From Candidatus Eiseniibacteriota bacterium (lineage in GTDB: Bacteria > Eisenbacteria > RBG-16-71-46 > SZUA-252), in the NCBI GenBank assembly GCA_031370645.1, contig JANMQV010000187.1:1-20342 (forward strand): 20,342 nucleotides of DNA. Reading direction: 5' to 3'. A program made the translations under genes and the position numbers. The notes below the pieces were generated by a model that made no database searches, was not told the origin of the DNA, and worked only from the letters and a program-made list of their open reading frames with translations. This document shows, piece by piece, positions 16,666-20,342 of the stretch (the first letter of the stretch is position 1; each line of letters opens with the position of its first letter).

Positions 16666-18318
16666 TCACTGCATCCCCGCCGGCGTCGCGGGCGGTGGAG
16701 GCTTGACCCTCACGGGGACCGCCACACTCGTGCGTTTCGGTTTCGGCTTGCTGATCACGCGGGGAGTTGGTTTCGAGAGGAGCCGCGCGCTCACCGCGGT
16801 CGAATCGACCGAAGCGCCGGCGTGCCTCGCCGGCATGCTGGCGACCACCTTCGGGGTTTCCTTGGGGCCCGTGGAGGGCGGAACGACCACCTTATGTTGA
16901 TCGACCTTCGGAATGCCGTATCGATCGAGGTCGACCTTCACCTCGTCAATCTTTGTCGCGGCCGAATTCGCGTCGACCGCATAGGTAATGAGGTCGCCTC
17001 CACCGAACCAGAGACGAAGGTGGGTGAAATTGAACACTTGGCTCGTGAAGACGTTCTCCGGCTTGATGACGCCACCGCCCACCTTGTACTCGCTGAAGAG
17101 TCGTGCGCCTTCGTCGGGCGACGGAATTTGGTGGAGCGGAGATCCGGCCCCACCCGAAACGAGCACGATGAGGACGGCATCGGGCCAGGTCAGGAGGGCG
17201 CGCTCGTAGGAGTGCTCGTGCCCCGCAATGATGGCGCCGATTCCGGCCTCATGCAGCGTCTGCACCAAGCGTTCCCTCCGTTGCACGAGGACAGAGTCGC
17301 TTTGCCACTCCTGTCGGTGGTCGCCGGAGGAGAGGGGCGGATGATGCATCAGCACGAGCACCGGCCCTTGGTGTTCCTTCACGCGCGCCACCAACCACGT
17401 GAGTTGCTCCTCCGAGTAGGCGATCTGGGCTTCGCGCGTCCAGTGGCTTCCGGCATTCACGATCGGATTCGAGTCGAGGGCGATGAACCGCACCCACCCG
17501 TCCGCCGAATCGAAGCAGTAGTAAAGTCGGTCGCCTCCAACGGGGAGCCCGGTCGCCATCCGCCAGTTCTCGACCCCGTTTTCGGTATCGGTCCGCTCGT
17601 GGTTCCCCGCGATCGGAAAGTACGGCACCTTCGAGGTGAGCGGTTCGGTGATTCGCAAAAAGCGCTCCCAGTGCGCCGGGTACTGCCCGTCTTTCACCAG
17701 ATCGCCGGTGTTGATCACCGCGGCCACGGTTTGCCCGTGGGAGCGCAACGAATCGATCTTCGCCAGCATCGCGGTCATCACCTGGTGTTCGCGGGACCAT
17801 TTTGGCATGCGTGTGATGACGGCGGGGAATTCCCGGATGAGCGCAAGATCCGGATAGAGCCCCTTAGCGATGGCGTAAGGGATATTGACCAGGCCGCGAA
17901 CGATGCGGAACGGATTGAGCGAGAGACCTTGCCGAATCGCCAATAATTGCGGCGTCAGGCGTTTGAGGCGGAAGCCGGGACGATTGTCGCCGCAGAGGAA
18001 GATGTGCAGCGTGTCCACCGTGTAGCCGTCGCGAAGTCTCCCCAGAAAACGGATGGTGGAGTCCGCTGTCCCCGGCGCCAGCCCTATCAGCGTGTCGCCG
18101 AACAAGGGCCGCAACGGGGCCCGGACCTCGCGCTTCGCTTCCTCGTCCTGGGCGGTACTGTCGGCCACAACCGGAGACACGGTGTGTCCCACGTTTTGCA
18201 AGCGCCCGATGTGGGCGCAACCGGTCAGAAAGATCGCCCCTGCTGTTGCTGCCCAGAGGAAACTCCGCCCCGGCGGCCGTGGGGAGGCCGCTCCGGAACG
18301 ACGCGTCGGTGATGTCAT
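16666..18318 (-). CDS. Calcineurin-like metallophosphoesterase (purple-acid-phosphatase-like), predicted lipoprotein
   Basis: Lipobox FLTG-C; metal motifs CGDNR, TGDLV, GNHE, MHHP, GHEHSYER; Pro/Lys-rich C-terminal tail. Confidence 0.9.
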   Translation of the reverse strand: MTSPTRRSGAASPRPPGRSFLWAATAGAIFLTGCAHIGRLQNVGHTVSPVVADSTAQDEEAKREVRAPLRPLFGDTLIGLAPGTADSTIRFLGRLRDGYTVDTLHIFLCGDNRPGFRLKRLTPQLLAIRQGLSLNPFRIVRGLVNIPYAIAKGLYPDLALIREFPAVITRMPKWSREHQVMTAMLAKIDSLRSHGQTVAAVINTGDLVKDGQYPAHWERFLRITEPLTSKVPYFPIAGNHERTDTENGVENWRMATGLPVGGDRLYYCFDSADGWVRFIALDSNPIVNAGSHWTREAQIAYSEEQLTWLVARVKEHQGPVLVLMHHPPLSSGDHRQEWQSDSVLVQRRERLVQTLHEAGIGAIIAGHEHSYERALLTWPDAVLIVLVSGGAGSPLHQIPSPDEGARLFSEYKVGGGVIKPENVFTSQVFNFTHLRLWFGGGDLITYAVDANSAATKIDEVKVDLDRYGIPKVDQHKVVVPPSTGPKETPKVVASMPARHAGASVDSTAVSARLLSKPTPRVISKPKPKRTSVAVPVRVKPPPPATPAGMQ

Positions 18319-20030
18319 CCGTGGCGCACTCGCGTGACGCTCCAGACATTGTCCTTTCGGGTCAACTCGACATGGGCCGGTTTCGCCTGGTTCCCCACGA
18401 TCGAGATATCGAGAGAGAGGCGCGAAACGCCGGTTTCAAAGCGGAGTAGCGAGAACTCCGAAGTCTTCAGCTCGACGTGCTTGTCTCCTCGATCGCCTCC
18501 GTGCGCCGACACGACCTCGACGTCATATGAGCGAGCGCCGGCGAGCCGGGTGTCGACGGCAAGGTCACGAAATCGCAGGACGCCGTCTTCGACCACGAAG
18601 AAGTCCAACGGTGCTACCCGGCCGAACCAGTGCCGCGCGATCTTGTCGCGGCGAACGATGAGATTCAACTCCATGAACTCGCGGGCTCGCGGATCCTCAT
18701 AGCCGGCGGCCTCCACGGCCGCCGCGATCTGCTCGTTCGAGAAAGAGGCTACGATCTTCGCGCCCCAGTAGCCATCCCGATCGGTCATCTCGCGAAACGC
18801 GGGCTGCGGCATCTCCTGCTTGAAGTCTTGGGACCGGAAGACGACCGACTCATAATTGCCCACGGAGGGGATGCCCGTCTCCTGGCGTGCCCGCCTCCAC
18901 GGCTCTTGGACGAAGCCGAGCGTGACCAGGCGGCGCCCGGTCCACGCGAGATCGAAGGCGTTCTCGTATCCTGCCGGAAGGTGCTTGGGTCCGCGAGCGG
19001 CCGCCCCGAAAGACGATCCGACATCGAGAAGGTAGTGCTCGACGTGTCCGAGGCTGTCGCGAGTCTCGACGAACATATCCAGAAATTGGTGATCCTTCGT
19101 GTCCCAGTCGTTGATCCACGCGCATAGCGCATAGAGGCCCCGGAGTTCGCGGCGGTTCCCGTGCGAATACCAGTCGTTCGAATCGCCGGGGCGTAGCCGT
19201 CGCATGCTCGGCGCTCCCAAGGCCTTTCCCTTAAGGAACAAACTAGCGGATGCCGAATAGCTCCCATCGGGGAACACCGCGCCGTTCACGAGCACCGAAT
19301 CCAACTCGGCCTCGGTGAATTGCTCGCCCTTGGTGCCTCGGAGCAGATCCGGATCGATCGTGAGGTCGGCACGCTGGAATCGGACGGGAGTATTGTGCGG
19401 TACGTTGTACCCTGCGGCGTGGATCAAGGTGCGCGCCACCACGTCGGCGCCCGAGCCGAGCTGAGGATAGCCTCTCGGGTCCAGCTTCACCAACCACTTG
19501 TTTCCGGCCGCGTCCTTGATTTGGAATCCCGCGCTCCATCCGCCCTGTTTCGCGTGTTTGATCGTCCAGGGCTTCGCGGGCACGAAGACCGAATCCGGAC
19601 CCAGGCGCAGTTCGGCCACCGGCACGGCGCGCCAGTGATTACGGTTCGTAAACCACGAGGAGTTAGGCACCTCGTCGAACGCGTTGACGTTCACTGCCTC
19701 GCGCCGCGTGTTGGCGCCGAGGCGCCGCGCCACCCAGAGCAGTTTGTCGGGAATGTCGAACAGATGAGAGATCGGCGCGAAGAGACCCTGGTGGGCCTGC
19801 AGCCCCCAGTAATTGGGTTCCCAATTCCGCGGCTTCTGAATCGGCTCCCGATCGTGGTCGACCCACGTGCTATCGGCGATATCCTGGGAATCGTCCGCGT
19901 CCTTCGACTCGACTCGGCCCGGGCCGCGGTCATCGGCGGGAGCGCCATAGCCGGGGCCGACTCCACACAACAACGACGCGCCCAGCAGGCCGAGCATCCA
20001 CGCGCGAAGAGACTGAGGTCCACGTCGCAT
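18315..20030 (-). CDS. Exported hypothetical protein with predicted HipA/PI3K-like atypical kinase fold
   Basis: Signal peptide; KQGGWSAGF (Gly loop), WLVKLDP (beta3 Lys), ADVVARTLIHAAGYNVP (alphaC), DWDTKDHQ (catalytic loop), YLLDVGSSFG (DxG). The CDS is secure; the kinase call is inference. Confidence 0.72.
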   Translation of the reverse strand: MRRGPQSLRAWMLGLLGASLLCGVGPGYGAPADDRGPGRVESKDADDSQDIADSTWVDHDREPIQKPRNWEPNYWGLQAHQGLFAPISHLFDIPDKLLWVARRLGANTRREAVNVNAFDEVPNSSWFTNRNHWRAVPVAELRLGPDSVFVPAKPWTIKHAKQGGWSAGFQIKDAAGNKWLVKLDPRGYPQLGSGADVVARTLIHAAGYNVPHNTPVRFQRADLTIDPDLLRGTKGEQFTEAELDSVLVNGAVFPDGSYSASASLFLKGKALGAPSMRRLRPGDSNDWYSHGNRRELRGLYALCAWINDWDTKDHQFLDMFVETRDSLGHVEHYLLDVGSSFGAAARGPKHLPAGYENAFDLAWTGRRLVTLGFVQEPWRRARQETGIPSVGNYESVVFRSQDFKQEMPQPAFREMTDRDGYWGAKIVASFSNEQIAAAVEAAGYEDPRAREFMELNLIVRRDKIARHWFGRVAPLDFFVVEDGVLRFRDLAVDTRLAGARSYDVEVVSAHGGDRGDKHVELKTSEFSLLRFETGVSRLSLDISIVGNQAKPAHVELTRKDNVWSVTRVRHG

Positions 20031-20342
20031 TAGAAGGTACTCCCTAGATCGAGGGCCACGCGGAGGCCCTCGTCACTCTTGGCGATTTCAAGGCGAACCG
20101 CGGCCAGCTCGCTCCGCCCCAGACGGAGGCCGCCGCCGACCGATCGATGCGCGTCACGCAGGGTGAACGCGTCGGAGCGAGACGCGACCGCCCCGAGTTC
20201 GAACAGCGCGATCGCGCTCATCTCGTGAACGATCATCCACCGGTACTCCACCCGGCCGAGCAGGAGCTGCCGATCACGAAATCGGTTGGGGGCGTAGCCC
20301 GCAAAGTTCGTGACGCCGTCGCTCCGAATAAGACGATAGAAC
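20030..20342 (-). CDS. C-terminal part of an Omp85 (BamA/TamA-family) outer-membrane protein; 5' end outside the window
   Basis: Open frame from the window edge: FYRLIRSDGVTNFAGYAPNRFRDRQLLLGRVEYRW...FELGAV...HRSVGGGLRL...VRLEIAKSDEG...LGSTF*, ending in Phe. Confidence 0.8.
   Translation of the reverse strand, partial: FYRLIRSDGVTNFAGYAPNRFRDRQLLLGRVEYRWMIVHEMSAIALFELGAVASRSDAFTLRDAHRSVGGGLRLGRSELAAVRLEIAKSDEGLRVALDLGSTF

Noticed and set aside
18215-18318. Tat signal in the metallophosphoesterase (TRRS / GRSFL)
   Set aside because: RR and FL are not in one RRxFL motif; the Sec lipoprotein reading is simpler, though Tat is not excluded.

Overview
GC-rich, gene-dense window from a diderm bacterium, dominated by cell-envelope and secreted proteins. 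The gene content is reminiscent of Eisenbacteria/Gemmatimonadota/Acidobacteria-type lineages, but this is inference only. Left to right: (1) a CusR/CzcR-like two-component system next to three uncharacterised exported proteins, with a shared 11-bp-periodic TGAC box upstream of the regulator and in the divergent promoter region; (2) a long NagB + PIG-L deacetylase fusion; (3) a small outer-membrane beta-barrel and a 5'-truncated gene remnant; (4) a minus-strand block carrying three sigma54 promoters that share an upstream TTGWAR-N14-TTGAAR motif. This block encodes a DUF3494 ice-binding-family lipoprotein, a two-repeat secreted protein, OmpA-TSP3, a PA2779-like GG-tail protein and a C39 peptidase-TPR-POTRA-barrel fusion; (5) a tightly coupled operon running off the right edge: Omp85/BamA-TamA barrel, signal-peptide-bearing HipA-like kinase-fold protein, lipoprotein metallophosphoesterase, and Npt1/TLC-family nucleotide translocase. 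Block 5 is the best candidate for an undescribed system (extracytoplasmic phosphorylation fed by a nucleotide exchanger). No RNA genes, CRISPR arrays or mobile elements were recognised. All family calls come from motif recognition by eye, not from database searches.
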